This document shows, one piece after another, positions 1 through 10,381 of a stretch of 64,000 bases of DNA. How positions within the stretch are numbered: position 1 is the stretch's first letter; each line of letters opens with the position of its first letter. Source of the stretch: Cyanobacteria bacterium P01_A01_bin.123 (GTDB lineage Bacteria; Cyanobacteriota; Cyanobacteriia; Phormidesmidales; Phormidesmidaceae); contig JBCBZT010000010.1 of NCBI GenBank assembly GCA_039815185.1, forward strand, positions 96,001 to 160,000. The letters run 5' to 3'. The notes below the pieces were generated by a model. It had not been told where the DNA came from, searched no databases, and saw only the letters and a list, made by a program, of their open reading frames with translations. The position numbers and the translations under genes are program-made.

Positions 1-777
1 TCTGGAGGCTGGGCGACTTTTATTAAGAAATGGTTATTTTTACTTGCGAAATGTCTAAACCTATTGGGAATGAATAACTTGAGCCTTCCAAATTTACCGA
101 GACCTGTTTTTTTGGGTAGATGAAGCTTAAAGATAGTCTTAAGCTAAAGCTCAACTTTCCTCAGAGAAGCTGAAGATTAGATTCATTTCTGCAAGGCTAC
201 GGCATAATTAAATATGCTAAGGCAACTGTAATTTACCTGAAAAGTAGACTAGGCTTTTGACCTATGGATTTAATATCTGTTTATTCAGCGTTGTTCTGAT
301 GAATTTGACACGATTGTCTGCGGGTTGATTGCGTTCGCTTTTGAAACTTACGGGTATGATTTAGCCGCGCTAGCCCTAGTCAGCTAATTCTTTGGGGGAT
401 TAGGGCAGGTTTTTGCCTGTACCTCCCTATCTCAAAATGCAGTTTATCGGATCGTTTAGACTGTTGCGTAAGTTGAGTTCTTGAATCTAAGATTTGGTAC
501 ATTTGGCTAAAACTTGGCACATTTGGGTTGAGGTCAATATTCCCTAAGCCCATGGCTGGCTTCTGTTTTAGTTTTTTTCTTTGCAGGCTAGATAGTCGGC
601 ATGACGGAAATTTTTAAGTCAGTATCCCAATTCTGAAAATCTTAGATGTCTTTGACAGCTCTAGATGGATTCATATCAACGGAACACTTTTTTTAGCAAG
701 CTTTGGGGATTGGATAGTCTGAAGCCCTTCTCCCCTTGCCGTAAATCTTCTATAAATGATTGGAACTTAACAACATC

Positions 778-1404
778 ATGTTAGATCATCAGAGTTTAGG
801 CCAGGATACGATATTCACCCCTGAGCAAGTGCTTGAAAATCGGGGGCGAGTAGCCATTTTTATTGACGGCTCAAACCTTTTTTACGCCGCTTTACAGTTG
901 GGCATTGAAATTGATTACACCAAGCTGCTTTGTCGCCTAACGGCAGGATCAAGGTTGTTGCGCTCGTTCTTCTATACCGGCGTGGATCGCACCAATGAAA
1001 AACAGCAGGGGTTTTTGCTATGGATGCGTCGCAATGGCTACCGGGTGATTTCCAAAGATTTAGTTCAGCTTCCTGATGGCTCTAAGAAGGCCAATTTGGA
1101 CGTGGAGATTGCCGTTGACATGATGGCACTGATTGGATCTTACGACACGGCAGTGCTGGTAAGCGGCGATGGCGATTTGGCTTATGCTGTAGATGCGGCT
1201 AGTTATCGAGGCGTACGAGTGGAAGTTGTGAGCCTCCGATCGATGACCAGCGACAGCCTGATTAATGTTTCCGATCGCTACATTGATCTCGATATGATCA
1301 AGGACGATATCAGAAAGACGTCCCGGGGCAATGGCAACCACAGCTATACTTATCGGCCCTTGTCGAGTGTGGGCGTTGTCGAAGACCCTGTCGTTGAAGA
1401 GTGA
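778..1404 (+). CDS. NYN domain protein (LabA/DUF88 family, probably the LalA-like paralogue)
   Basis: Motifs VAIFIDGSNLFY, KANLDVEIAVDM and LVSGDGDL of NYN/PIN-like proteins; ATG at 778 preferred over TTG at 760. Confidence 0.9.
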   Translation: MLDHQSLGQDTIFTPEQVLENRGRVAIFIDGSNLFYAALQLGIEIDYTKLLCRLTAGSRLLRSFFYTGVDRTNEKQQGFLLWMRRNGYRVISKDLVQLPDGSKKANLDVEIAVDMMALIGSYDTAVLVSGDGDLAYAVDAASYRGVRVEVVSLRSMTSDSLINVSDRYIDLDMIKDDIRKTSRGNGNHSYTYRPLSSVGVVEDPVVEE

Positions 1405-1482
1405 GTTCGTCCCACGAGTCAACCTAAGCCGTTAGGATCTTAGAGTCATAGCGGGCAAGGGTGACACGTTAGGGCAACATCA

Positions 1483-2634
1483 ATGAAAAAAGCAGTGCGT
1501 TGGTTAGGGATGGTGTTGGCGATCGCAGTGGTGATCGGCACACTGAGGGCTTGTGGATTATTGACCCGTCCCTTCGAGACACCCATCGCAGACTCTGATG
1601 GGGAAGAAGGCAGAGCCCCAGGCTTGACTCTGAAGGACGTCACCCTGGAACAACCTGGTGAAGACGGGGAATTGCGTTGGAAAGTTCACGCCGACGAGGT
1701 GATTTACAGCCCCGATCAGCAAACCGCTGAAATTGTTAATCCCGATGGGGAACTCTTCCAGGACGGAAAAGTAATTTACCGGGTGCGTGCAGACCGGGGA
1801 GAAATTCAGCAAGATGGGGAGACGATTTTTCTGAAGGATAACATTGTGGCTACTGGCGTTGAAAACGATCTAGTGCTGCGCGGGCGAGAACTGGAGTGGC
1901 GGCCCGAAGATGATTTGCTGCTGATACGCAATCAGATTAGGGGTATCCACCCGCAACTTAACGCCTCAGCCCAAGAAGCTCGGGTCTACAATCGCGATCG
2001 CCGCCTAGAGCTTGAGAAAGATGTGGTTGCCACCACCAATGAAGCCCCTTATTTGCGGCTTGAAGCTGAGACATTAACCTGGTTTATCGAAGCTGAAAAA
2101 GTTGAAAGCGATCGTCCCCTCAAAGTTGAGCAGCTCAAAGGGGAAGTCGGGGATTTACAAGTCAGCGATCGGATTAAAGGGGATCAGGGGGAAGTGAATC
2201 TGGCCGAGAACATTGTCCAGCTAACCCAGGCGGTTGAGGTTGAACTGCTTGAACAACCGCTGAAGATTCTGAGTGACATCGCTATCTGGAATGTTGTCGC
2301 CGAAACCATTTTAGTGCCAGGGGCCGTACGCGTCATTCAGCCTGAACAAGCTGTTGAAGTGACAGCCAATCGGGGAGAAATGAATATTGCCGACTCCATC
2401 GTCTATCTGAGTCAAGGGGTTGAAGCCATCGGGGAAGAAAATCAGTCCCAACTTAAAGCCAGTCGCGTCACTTGGAACTTAGAGTCTGAGGAGATTTTGG
2501 CTGAAGGGAACGTCAACTATCAACAAAGTGATCCCCCTGTGACGATTAACGGTCCTCGAGCCGTGGGGCGCATCGAAGCTCAAACCGTAGTCATTAGTGG
2601 CGGCAATGTTGTGACTGAAATCACGCCACAATAG
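1483..2634 (+). CDS. lptC: LPS export ABC transporter periplasmic protein LptC (cyanobacterial long form)
   Basis: N-terminal TM anchor followed by repeated beta-jellyroll segments (LTLKDVTLEQ...WKVHA, PDGELFQDG); follows the NYN gene as usual in cyanobacteria. Confidence 0.85.
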   Translation: MKKAVRWLGMVLAIAVVIGTLRACGLLTRPFETPIADSDGEEGRAPGLTLKDVTLEQPGEDGELRWKVHADEVIYSPDQQTAEIVNPDGELFQDGKVIYRVRADRGEIQQDGETIFLKDNIVATGVENDLVLRGRELEWRPEDDLLLIRNQIRGIHPQLNASAQEARVYNRDRRLELEKDVVATTNEAPYLRLEAETLTWFIEAEKVESDRPLKVEQLKGEVGDLQVSDRIKGDQGEVNLAENIVQLTQAVEVELLEQPLKILSDIAIWNVVAETILVPGAVRVIQPEQAVEVTANRGEMNIADSIVYLSQGVEAIGEENQSQLKASRVTWNLESEEILAEGNVNYQQSDPPVTINGPRAVGRIEAQTVVISGGNVVTEITPQ

Positions 2635-2656
2635 GATGTTGGGATTTGCTTAAACC

Positions 2657-2695
2657 CAAAGCAGGAGACGTTGATCATCAACGTCTCCTGCTTTG
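2657..2695. terminator. Bidirectional intrinsic terminator hairpin
   Basis: Perfect 18-bp stem CAAAGCAGGAGACGTTGA-tca-TCAACGTCTCCTGCTTTG between convergent genes. Confidence 0.8.
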
Positions 2696-2831
2696 ATTAC
2701 TGATAAACAGTCGCCATATCAGCTACGGCCTTCCGTAGACTGGCTACCCTATCGCTTGCTCAAGCTCCTGCCTAAAAGACAGTTCGAGAAGGTTTTGATA
2801 CAGTTGGCGATCGCTACAGTCAGGCTCAAAT

Positions 2832-3197
2832 CTATCGCTTGATATCCCGAGCCATATTGCGGAACATATCCATACTGTTGTCAGCTTTACGACGTTGAGT
2901 AGTTTTGGACTCAAAGCTACTCGTGCTGGCTTGAGGTGTGGATTGGTCAACCTGGGTTGACTTCATCACGGGCAAACCGTTTTCTTGAACCTCAGCCGCA
3001 CCCATAGCAGAAACCTGTCGTACACTCTCTAGCTCCTCTGCCCCCTTCTTCTTGGCAAAGGTGCGCTTAACAGTTTTGGCCGACCGCATATAGTTGATGT
3101 CACCAAACGTTTTCGCGTCATCAGGATTAAGGTAGTACGCTCCGCGCTCTTCGGAATCTCCCTTACTGCCCCCAAAAAGCCCAAAGAATCCAGCCAT
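2832..3197 (-). CDS. Conserved cyanobacterial hypothetical protein
   Basis: 121 aa, TAGGAG RBS upstream of ATG; motifs YYLNPDDAKTFGDINYMR and C-terminal MDMFRNMARDIK. Confidence 0.75.
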   Translation of the reverse strand: MAGFFGLFGGSKGDSEERGAYYLNPDDAKTFGDINYMRSAKTVKRTFAKKKGAEELESVRQVSAMGAAEVQENGLPVMKSTQVDQSTPQASTSSFESKTTQRRKADNSMDMFRNMARDIKR

Positions 3198-3227
3198 CAA
3201 ACTTCTCCTACTGTCTAAAGAACCGCT

Positions 3228-3296
3228 TTGTTACTCAATGTTAACTTTTTTAAGAAAAAAAATCATCAAAAATTGGTCTTGTTAATCAATGTTAAC
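3228..3296 (-). promoter_or_regulatory. Two HLR1-like (RpaB-type) direct-repeat boxes
   Basis: Minus strand TTAACATT-ga-TTAACAAG and TTAACATT-ga-GTAACAAA, 51 bp apart, upstream of the 121-aa gene. Confidence 0.4.
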
Positions 3297-3454
3297 TTTC
3301 TAAGAAAACACGCCAAGAATTGGCGGAGTCACGACCCCATTTTCTCAGGAATGTCGCGATCGCGACATTTTTTCATGCAATTATGAGTGTGCTGCTGTTT
3401 CAACAATACGTCTCAAGATATCCAATGCTTTAGCAGTGTGACCCCAGCTATTAC

Positions 3455-3730
3455 CTATTTTTTGTACTGCATTGACGTCACGGGTTCACCCTTGAGCAGA
3501 TGACGCTCAACAATGATCGGCACTGCTTTGATTTGCAGGTGGCTGTACCAAACCACGTCAGACACAAGCACTACAGCCATTGGCCCATTGCCACATTCAC
3601 CCAAACACCCCACACCTTTGACAGTAATGTGAGTCGGAGTCAACCGCTGAAATTCCCTTAGTACTAACTGGGCTCCCGACTTGCGGCAGGTCGTATTTTG
3701 GCAAATCAAAACCCGTTGTTCAATGGGCAT
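3455..3730 (-). CDS. Thioredoxin-like (2Fe-2S) ferredoxin domain protein
   Basis: C-x4-C (CQNTTC) plus CLGECGNGP motif. Confidence 0.88.
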   Translation of the reverse strand: MPIEQRVLICQNTTCRKSGAQLVLREFQRLTPTHITVKGVGCLGECGNGPMAVVLVSDVVWYSHLQIKAVPIIVERHLLKGEPVTSMQYKK

Positions 3731-4307
3731 GGGTGTCTCCAGAGCACTGAGGCATGGGATTCACCAAGCTAGTGAGGATATGGTCTTCCCATTGCCCATT
3801 AATGCACACATAGTCACGAGCCACCCCTTCTATTTGAAAGCCTAGACGCTTGAGTAAGTTGCCGCTGCGGTGATTGCGGGGCATGTAGGCAGCCATAATC
3901 CGATGTAGGTTCAAGTCTTCAAAGCCATAGCGCATCAGTGCTACGAGGGCTTCTCCCATGTATCCCTGACCTTGCTTAGTTGCTGCCAGACTATAGCCCA
4001 GGGAGCAGGCTTGGAAAACGCCATGCACAATATTATTCAAATTAAGTGCCCCAATAATCACCTTGGGGTGCTGCTTTTCAAATAAGAATAACCGCAGTGA
4101 TCGTCCCTGGGCAAAATCATCCACACGGGCCTGCACTTCCTGCTGCCAATAAGCTGCCGTGTAGAAATTTGCGGGACGGCTAGGTTCGTAGGGGGTTAAA
4201 TGGGCCTGATTCATCCGGTAGTAGTTCAAAATCGCTAGAACATCCTGGTGATTTGCCAGACGACTTAACGTACGCGCAGTTTCCAATTGAGGCAGTTGTG
4301 GATTCAT
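3720..4307 (-). CDS. rimJ: RimJ/RimL-family GNAT N-acetyltransferase
   Basis: LGYSL...QGQGYMGEAL, LHRIMAAYMPRNHRS, INGQWEDH. Confidence 0.85.
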   Translation of the reverse strand: MNPQLPQLETARTLSRLANHQDVLAILNYYRMNQAHLTPYEPSRPANFYTAAYWQQEVQARVDDFAQGRSLRLFLFEKQHPKVIIGALNLNNIVHGVFQACSLGYSLAATKQGQGYMGEALVALMRYGFEDLNLHRIMAAYMPRNHRSGNLLKRLGFQIEGVARDYVCINGQWEDHILTSLVNPMPQCSGDTHAH

Positions 4308-4314
4308 ATCAACA

Positions 4315-5847
4315 CTACTTAACGCTCACGAACCTTTCTTGAGCCACTGTTCTCAAGTGCTGAATATCTTCCCGACGGGAGACCGATAGGGGAACCGTTG
4401 CTTTAACTTCTTGCACAACTATAGCGGTGTCCATCGGTTTGCGTTCGTAGATGGCCCGGTACAGAGCGCTGATCACGGCCTGCTCAATTTCTGCCCCGCT
4501 AAAGCCTTCCGTCGCCTGTACCAAAGCAGTCAGATCAAATCGGTTGGGGGCTTGTTTGCGACGGGTCAAATGAATTTTGAGAATTGTTTCGCGCTCTTTA
4601 GGATTGGGTAAATCGACAAAAAAGATTTCATCAAAGCGCCCCTTCCTCAGCAGTTCCGGAGGAATTTGGGACAAATCATTGGCGGTGGCCACCACAAAGA
4701 TTTCCTGAGATTTCTCTTGTAGCCAGGTTAAGAAGTAGCCAAACAAGCGACGGCTCAGGCCACCATCAGCATCGCCGCTAGTTACGCCCATGGCTTTTTC
4801 GATTTCGTCAATCCACAGAACTGTGGGAGCCATCGTTTCTGCTAAGGTCACGGCACGACGAAAGTTACGTTCTGACTCCCCGACATACTTATCATAGAGT
4901 CGCCCAGCATCGAGCTTGAGCAAAGGGATTTTCCATTCGCGAGCAATAGTTTTGGCCGCCAAAGATTTGCCGCAGCCCTGAATTCCTACGATTAAAATGC
5001 CCTTGGGTGGCGCTAAGTTGAAGGCTTGGGCCTGGGGCGTGAAGCCGACTCTGGCTCGAGCCAGCCACTGCTTAAGGCCCGTAAACCCTCCGAGTTGGGC
5101 TGTATTGCTTTCCACGGGGAGGTAATCCAGCAAGCCTTCTTCGCGAAGCACCTTAGCTTTGCGTTGTAGGACTCGACTGATGTCGCTGGCAGTAAGTTTG
5201 CCGTCGTCGAGGGCAGCATAAGCGATCACTTTTTTGGCCTGTTTTAGAGTCATACCCTGGAGGGCTTTGACCATGGCCTGCATTTCTGCAGGTTGTAGTT
5301 CGACTTGAGCCCGGCCCTGCAGCGATCGCGTGACATCCTTAATGGCTTGGCCCAGTTCATCCGCTTGGGGTAGTTTGAGATCAAAATAGACCACATCATG
5401 GGCAACGTCATTGGGCAGTTTGAGGCCCTCCCCGGTAATCACCATCACCGAGGTGTTCAGGGAAAATTGGTTGGCTACTTCGCGAAACTGACGAACCACC
5501 ACCGGATCATCAAAATGTTTGGCTAAATCCTTGAGCCAGTAGATTGCCTTAATCGGCAAATCCTGAATATGCCGCAGCATATCCAAGGGTTCTTCAGTGT
5601 TTTCCACCGCCTGGGGGCGATGACTGCCTGGGGGGGCATATTCGCCGCCCCAACGAGAATAGGAACTGCTTGACGATCGCACTAGCCCTTGGGCCACACT
5701 CCATTCAAACATAGCCATTTGCATTTCATTAGCGGCTTCGCCAACTAGCCCTTGGGCTCGCTCTTCTTCTAAGGTTTCAATCACAATAACTGGATGCAGC
5801 GAGAGCACCAGGGTTTGGAAATGGCGGGTTGTAGTTTGAAAAGACAT
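4315..5847 (-). CDS. AAA+ ATPase (Ycf46-like)
   Basis: Walker A GIQGCGKS, Walker [16 protein letters not shown]...[19 protein letters not shown]; start at ATG 5847 (MSFQTT) inferred. Confidence 0.88.
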   Translation of the reverse strand: MSFQTTTRHFQTLVLSLHPVIVIETLEEERAQGLVGEAANEMQMAMFEWSVAQGLVRSSSSSYSRWGGEYAPPGSHRPQAVENTEEPLDMLRHIQDLPIKAIYWLKDLAKHFDDPVVVRQFREVANQFSLNTSVMVITGEGLKLPNDVAHDVVYFDLKLPQADELGQAIKDVTRSLQGRAQVELQPAEMQAMVKALQGMTLKQAKKVIAYAALDDGKLTASDISRVLQRKAKVLREEGLLDYLPVESNTAQLGGFTGLKQWLARARVGFTPQAQAFNLAPPKGILIVGIQGCGKSLAAKTIAREWKIPLLKLDAGRLYDKYVGESERNFRRAVTLAETMAPTVLWIDEIEKAMGVTSGDADGGLSRRLFGYFLTWLQEKSQEIFVVATANDLSQIPPELLRKGRFDEIFFVDLPNPKERETILKIHLTRRKQAPNRFDLTALVQATEGFSGAEIEQAVISALYRAIYERKPMDTAIVVQEVKATVPLSVSRREDIQHLRTVAQERFVSVK

Positions 5848-5978
5848 GGGCCAAGCGAATTGTTCAGTTATAGAACATGGCATAAACCAAATACAGCTCG
5901 GGAGATGGAGTTTCCCTAAAGACAAAACGCCAGATCTACACTTGGACAAGGTTTAGCCTTTAATAGTATTCCCACCCA

Positions 5979-6770
5979 TTACCGCAAAGGCCACCAGGAC
6001 ACCTTGTCACGGGTGGCACCGTACACTTCTTTAAGTCCTTCAGGATTCACGACATGGATCAAATCACCTACCTCTGTAGCTTTGTCCGCTTTGAGTAATC
6101 CCACTTGTTTCATCCCTTTCAAGACCTGCTCTACGGTGCGGTGGTTTAGTTGGCAAGCATGGGTGATGATGTCGATTGGCAAGTCAAATATAAAGGTTTC
6201 ATCAGCCAGGGGCTGCATACCCAGGGATCGTTCTTGGTAAATCAAGGCTCGCAGCAAAGTCGCGACAGCCTGGGGTGGGTAGGTGCTGCAGTTGAGTAAG
6301 TGATAGTGAAACTTTTCACGCAGTTCAAACAATAGCCCCCAACGTTGTCGAAAGATGGCTTGGTTGGCACAGAGTTTTTCTACCGCGTCGCTGGGAATCT
6401 TAATCACATCCGTAGTTTTATAGGCTTCAACCAAACTAGGAAAAGCACGGCTGATCTGTCCAAAGCCAAAAGGTAAGTTGCGCATCCCAAAGCAGCCACC
6501 TGGGTAGGTCATCGTAATAATCCGATCGAGTGGCGTGCTACGGGTGATTACAGGGCCACCCGAAACAACAGCGTAGAGGTAGTCTAGGGATTGATTGGGC
6601 CGAAAAGCCGTGTAAATCGGTCGGCTGGAATAGAGCTTTTCTTGCACCAACTGCTCTGGGGACAGATAGACACTTAATTCGTTAATGTCTAAGTGCCTAA
6701 ACAGGAAATTTCCCTGAACCAATTGAACAATTGGTTCAAGGCTTTCAGACTGCTTGGCCAGATTGGCCAT
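5979..6770 (-). CDS. Crp/Fnr-like protein (cyclic-nucleotide-binding fold plus C-terminal HTH)
   Basis: NFLFRHL...YPGGCFG beta-roll-like region; C-terminal ITHACQLNHRTVEQVLKGM HTH-like segment. Confidence 0.6.
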   Translation of the reverse strand: MANLAKQSESLEPIVQLVQGNFLFRHLDINELSVYLSPEQLVQEKLYSSRPIYTAFRPNQSLDYLYAVVSGGPVITRSTPLDRIITMTYPGGCFGMRNLPFGFGQISRAFPSLVEAYKTTDVIKIPSDAVEKLCANQAIFRQRWGLLFELREKFHYHLLNCSTYPPQAVATLLRALIYQERSLGMQPLADETFIFDLPIDIITHACQLNHRTVEQVLKGMKQVGLLKADKATEVGDLIHVVNPEGLKEVYGATRDKVSWWPLR

Positions 6771-7027
6771 GCGGAAACTCCTGCAACTCGGAACAATTTA
6801 TTCTGACATGCCGACTATATAGAGTACGTGAAGTCTGAGCGAATCAGAAATGAATTGAAATAAGTATGGAATACAATTTTGATTAATTCGAGCTTCAAAG
6901 CAGATTAGCATTTGATTCGGTTAGGTTCTATACCAACTTGCTTTAGGGTTGCATGAAACAATTCGTGGTTTAGCAGGGCTCTAGTCGATCCAATCTATTC
7001 GTTTTGGCGTTAGTCAAAGGAAATCTT

Positions 7028-8929
7028 ATGCAAACTGACTACCCTAGAAACTCACAGCTTAAGTGGGCTAAATGGCAGTATTGGGCATTGCTGATGGGTT
7101 TTGGGATAGCGCTAAGCGGGGCGATCGCGTTATTTCCCTCAATCACGCTCTCGTTATCGTTGAGTTGGCAGGGTTGGTTTGTCATTGGAATAACGCTGCT
7201 GGCTTTTTTGCTCAATGCCCTGACCCAAATGGCCCCGGAGGTGATTTTTTTGGGGGGGGTAGCCGTCCTGTTACTGTCTGGCGTCTTGAGTACTGAGGAT
7301 GCCCTAGCAGGTTTTAGCAATAGTGGCATGGTCACCGTCGGGGTGCTGTATATCGTGGTCACCGGGTTGCAGCAAACGGGCGGTCTAATCTGGATTTCTC
7401 AGCATGTATTGGGATTACCTAAGGGGCTAACCCCAGCGCTGTTTCGCTTGGTCACCCCGGTAATGGGCCTGAGCGCTTTTCTCAACAACACACCCGTGGT
7501 GGCCATGTTTGTCCCCGTGGTAGAAGAATGGTCACGCAAATTGCGGTTGAGCCCGTCTAAGCTGATGATTCCTCTCAGCTATGCCGCGATTTTTGGGGGT
7601 ACCTGCACCCTAGTGGGTACCAGCACTAACTTGGTCGTTAATGGGTTGCTGATTTCTGAAACCGGGGCAGCGGGGCTGCAAATGTTTGACATTACGCGGG
7701 TGAGTTTGCCCTGTGCCCTCATGGGATTTGTCTATTTGCTTACAGCCAGTCGATTTTTACTGCCCGATCGCAAACCAGCCTTAGATATCGGTGATGATCC
7801 GCGTCAGTACACCGTAGAGATGGTGGTAGAAGCAGACAGCTCAATGATCGGTAAAACCATTGAACAAGCTGGGCTGCGCCATTTACCAGGGCTATTTTTA
7901 GGGGAAATTTTTCGGCAGGAGCAAATGTTGCCAGCGGTGGGGCCCCAAACTCGTTTACAAGCCCATGATCAATTAGTGTTTGTGGGGGTGATTGACTCGA
8001 TCGTTGATCTCCGTAAGCTGCGGGGGCTACATCCAGCCACCGATCAACTGTTCAAGCTGGATGCGGCCAAAACCGATCGCTGCTTGATTGAGGCCGTGGT
8101 CTCGAATACTTGCCCAATTGTCGGGCGCAGCATTCGGGAGGGGCAATTTCGTAGCCGCTATAATGCCGTGGTCTTGGCGGTGGCCCGCAATGGGGAACGT
8201 ATTCAAGGCAAAGTCGGGGACATTCGCCTGCGCCCTGGGGATTCACTATTGCTGGAAGCCCCGCCTTCATTTTTAGGTCGACAACGGGTATCGCGGGACT
8301 TTTATTTGCTCAGCGGCATCCCTAATTCGGAACCGTTGCGCCATGAACGCGCCCCTATGGCGATGATGATTTTGCTAGGGATGGTGATACTGGCTGCCTT
8401 TGGCTGGATGAGCATGCTAAATGCAGCTGTGTTGGCTTCGATAGCAATGATTGCTACCCAATGCTGTTCTGCAGAGCGGGCTTTTCGCAGCATCGAATGG
8501 TCGGTATTGCTGGTCATTGGGGCAGCCTTGGGTATTGGTCGGGCCTTAGAGACTACGGGGGCCGCTGCCCAAGTAGCTGGGGCATTTATCAACCTGGCCG
8601 GAGACAATCCCTGGATTGCCCTAGCTGTAATTTACTTAATCACTTCGATTTTGACTGAGGCAATTACTAATAATGCTGCTGCAGTTCTGGTGTTTCCCAT
8701 TGCCCTAGCGTTGTCCCAAAGCTTAGGGGTGAATTTTTTGCCGTTCGCGATCGCGATTATGATTGCCGCCTCCGCTAGTTTTTCGACCCCCATTGGCTAT
8801 CAAACCAACCTAATGGTTTATGGGCCTGGGGGCTATCGGTTTACCGATTTTATGCGGGTGGGCATTCCACTGAATCTGATCTTTGCGCTGATGACCGTCG
8901 CGATCGCGCCGTTAGTTTTCCCCTTTTGA
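7028..8929 (+). CDS. SLC13/CitMHS-family anion permease with TrkA-C domains (putative sulfate/dicarboxylate transporter)
   Basis: SAFLNNTPVV, GTCTLVGTSTN, two TrkA-C-like repeats, FSTPIGYQTNLMV. Confidence 0.9.
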   Translation: MQTDYPRNSQLKWAKWQYWALLMGFGIALSGAIALFPSITLSLSLSWQGWFVIGITLLAFLLNALTQMAPEVIFLGGVAVLLLSGVLSTEDALAGFSNSGMVTVGVLYIVVTGLQQTGGLIWISQHVLGLPKGLTPALFRLVTPVMGLSAFLNNTPVVAMFVPVVEEWSRKLRLSPSKLMIPLSYAAIFGGTCTLVGTSTNLVVNGLLISETGAAGLQMFDITRVSLPCALMGFVYLLTASRFLLPDRKPALDIGDDPRQYTVEMVVEADSSMIGKTIEQAGLRHLPGLFLGEIFRQEQMLPAVGPQTRLQAHDQLVFVGVIDSIVDLRKLRGLHPATDQLFKLDAAKTDRCLIEAVVSNTCPIVGRSIREGQFRSRYNAVVLAVARNGERIQGKVGDIRLRPGDSLLLEAPPSFLGRQRVSRDFYLLSGIPNSEPLRHERAPMAMMILLGMVILAAFGWMSMLNAAVLASIAMIATQCCSAERAFRSIEWSVLLVIGAALGIGRALETTGAAAQVAGAFINLAGDNPWIALAVIYLITSILTEAITNNAAAVLVFPIALALSQSLGVNFLPFAIAIMIAASASFSTPIGYQTNLMVYGPGGYRFTDFMRVGIPLNLIFALMTVAIAPLVFPF

Positions 8930-8995
8930 AGACTATTCTGACGGTTGGGGCTCAACTGTTGTTTTGTGGTGAATGAATGTTTCATTAATAAAATA

Positions 8996-9382
8996 TTAAG
9001 TCGCCGCGATCGCTTCAATTTCTAATTTCCATTTAGATTCCAAAAGCTGGCAGCAAATCACGGTTGAGGCAGGTTCGTTGTCGCCCAGATATTTCATTCT
9101 TAACTGCACATTCGGTTCATCATAGTCTGGGCTAGCTAAATAGGTTCGTAGGGATACGATGTTTTCATACCCCATGCCCGCAGATTTCAAGATTGTGCCG
9201 ATGTGTCCCCAAATCAATTCTCCCTGTGCTTCAAACGATTCGGGCAGGGTAGTGCCGTCGGGCAAATAACCGTTCAGACCACTAATGAATAAAATACGTG
9301 AATCACCACTGACTTCAACGGCGTGGCTGTAATTGTGGTACTGCGGAAATAGTTCTGTGGGGTTGTGTTTGGTGATCGGCAT
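8996..9382 (-). CDS. RidA/YjgF family protein
   Basis: YSHAVEV, LFISG, PAST, KLEIEAIAA. Confidence 0.88.
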   Translation of the reverse strand: MPITKHNPTELFPQYHNYSHAVEVSGDSRILFISGLNGYLPDGTTLPESFEAQGELIWGHIGTILKSAGMGYENIVSLRTYLASPDYDEPNVQLRMKYLGDNEPASTVICCQLLESKWKLEIEAIAAT

Positions 9383-9631
9383 GTATTGAGGGGGCCTATG
9401 TTGGCTAACGCCTTGCTACTCCTTAGCATGCAATAGGGCGCTTAAACTAGCAATACTGGTACGGGCCTGCAATATTGGCGGGTAATTTAGCTAACTCACC
9501 CCTGATTGAATCAACGATCACACAGTATCCTGTGCGAAAATAGGGTGGGATTTGAGGAAACTTATCCTATTTCCGAAATAAACACATCCAATTTGTAGCT
9601 ATGGTTTGAATCAACTATAGGATGCTGCAGG

Positions 9632-10201
9632 ATGTCTGAGTCCCAAAATTCTCAAGATGAGCCAACACCAGAATCAACTTCTGATGCTTCGTCGGGTAAA
9701 TCCAGCAATGCTGCGGTACCCATTATTCTGGGTTGTGTTGGGTGTGGCTGTTTAGGGCTGATTATCGTGCCGATCTTGGCTGCGATCGCCCTCCCTAGCT
9801 TTTTGAATCAGGCCAATAAGGCCCGTGAAGCTGAAGCTAAGACGTATATGGGGTCAATGCTGAGAGCCCAGCAGGCATATCACATTGAAAACGCGGCTTT
9901 TTCATCCACTATTGAAGACTTGGGTTTAGGGCTTTCGACAGAAAGTAATCAATACAGCTACGTTGTGGAACTGCAACCTGATGGTGCCAGTGTGATGATC
10001 ACGGCTACCGCCAAAGAAGCAGGCATAAAGAGCTATGCCGGAGCAGTGTATGCCATTGGCAATGACCCAGCTACAGCTGTTACGCATAGCCAACTTTGCG
10101 AGAGTGATTCAGCCACAACAACGGCCCCAGCTTCTCCAGTACTTACGGATCCGACAACGCCCATGATTGAGTGTGCACCCGGTTCCAGTGAAGTCTTTTG
10201 A
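9632..10201 (+). CDS. Type IV pilin-like G/H family protein
   Basis: ILAAIALPSFLNQANKAREAEAKTY...RAQQAY pilin helix and terminal Cys pair; no class III prepilin cleavage motif. Confidence 0.85.
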   Translation: MSESQNSQDEPTPESTSDASSGKSSNAAVPIILGCVGCGCLGLIIVPILAAIALPSFLNQANKAREAEAKTYMGSMLRAQQAYHIENAAFSSTIEDLGLGLSTESNQYSYVVELQPDGASVMITATAKEAGIKSYAGAVYAIGNDPATAVTHSQLCESDSATTTAPASPVLTDPTTPMIECAPGSSEVF

Positions 10202-10304
10202 GCAGTCTCTGACAAATTCAAAATCTGTATAAGTGGACGACGCCATGAAATATAAGACTACAGTGCAAGCATCTAGCTTGCATGTAGTTGAATCCCTGGT
10301 AGTT

Positions 10305-10339
10305 AGGGCGATCACTCTTCTTGGGTTAGCGATCGCCCT
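10305..10339. terminator. Hairpin between convergent genes
   Basis: AGGGCGATC...GATCGCCCT inverted repeat. Confidence 0.45.
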
Positions 10340-10381
10340 TTCCTTATCTCCATGTCTGTTTCATCTTGGATTTCAGATTCA

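Noticed and set aside
494..526. Direct repeat TTGG(T/C)ACATTTGG upstream of the NYN gene
   Set aside because: Only two short copies and no recognisable regulator consensus.
3350..3369. 20-bp perfect palindrome AATGTCGCGATCGCGACATT
   Set aside because: It is centred on HIP1, so only 6 extra pairs need explaining; no functional context.
5848..5949. N-terminal extension of the AAA ATPase from TTG 5949
   Set aside because: Looks non-coding; ATG 5847 gives a more typical start.
8930..9440. RidA gene as a possible integron cassette (GTTAGCC just upstream on the minus strand)
   Set aside because: No matching RYYYAAC-bounded attC hairpin downstream; a 7-mer match is expected by chance.
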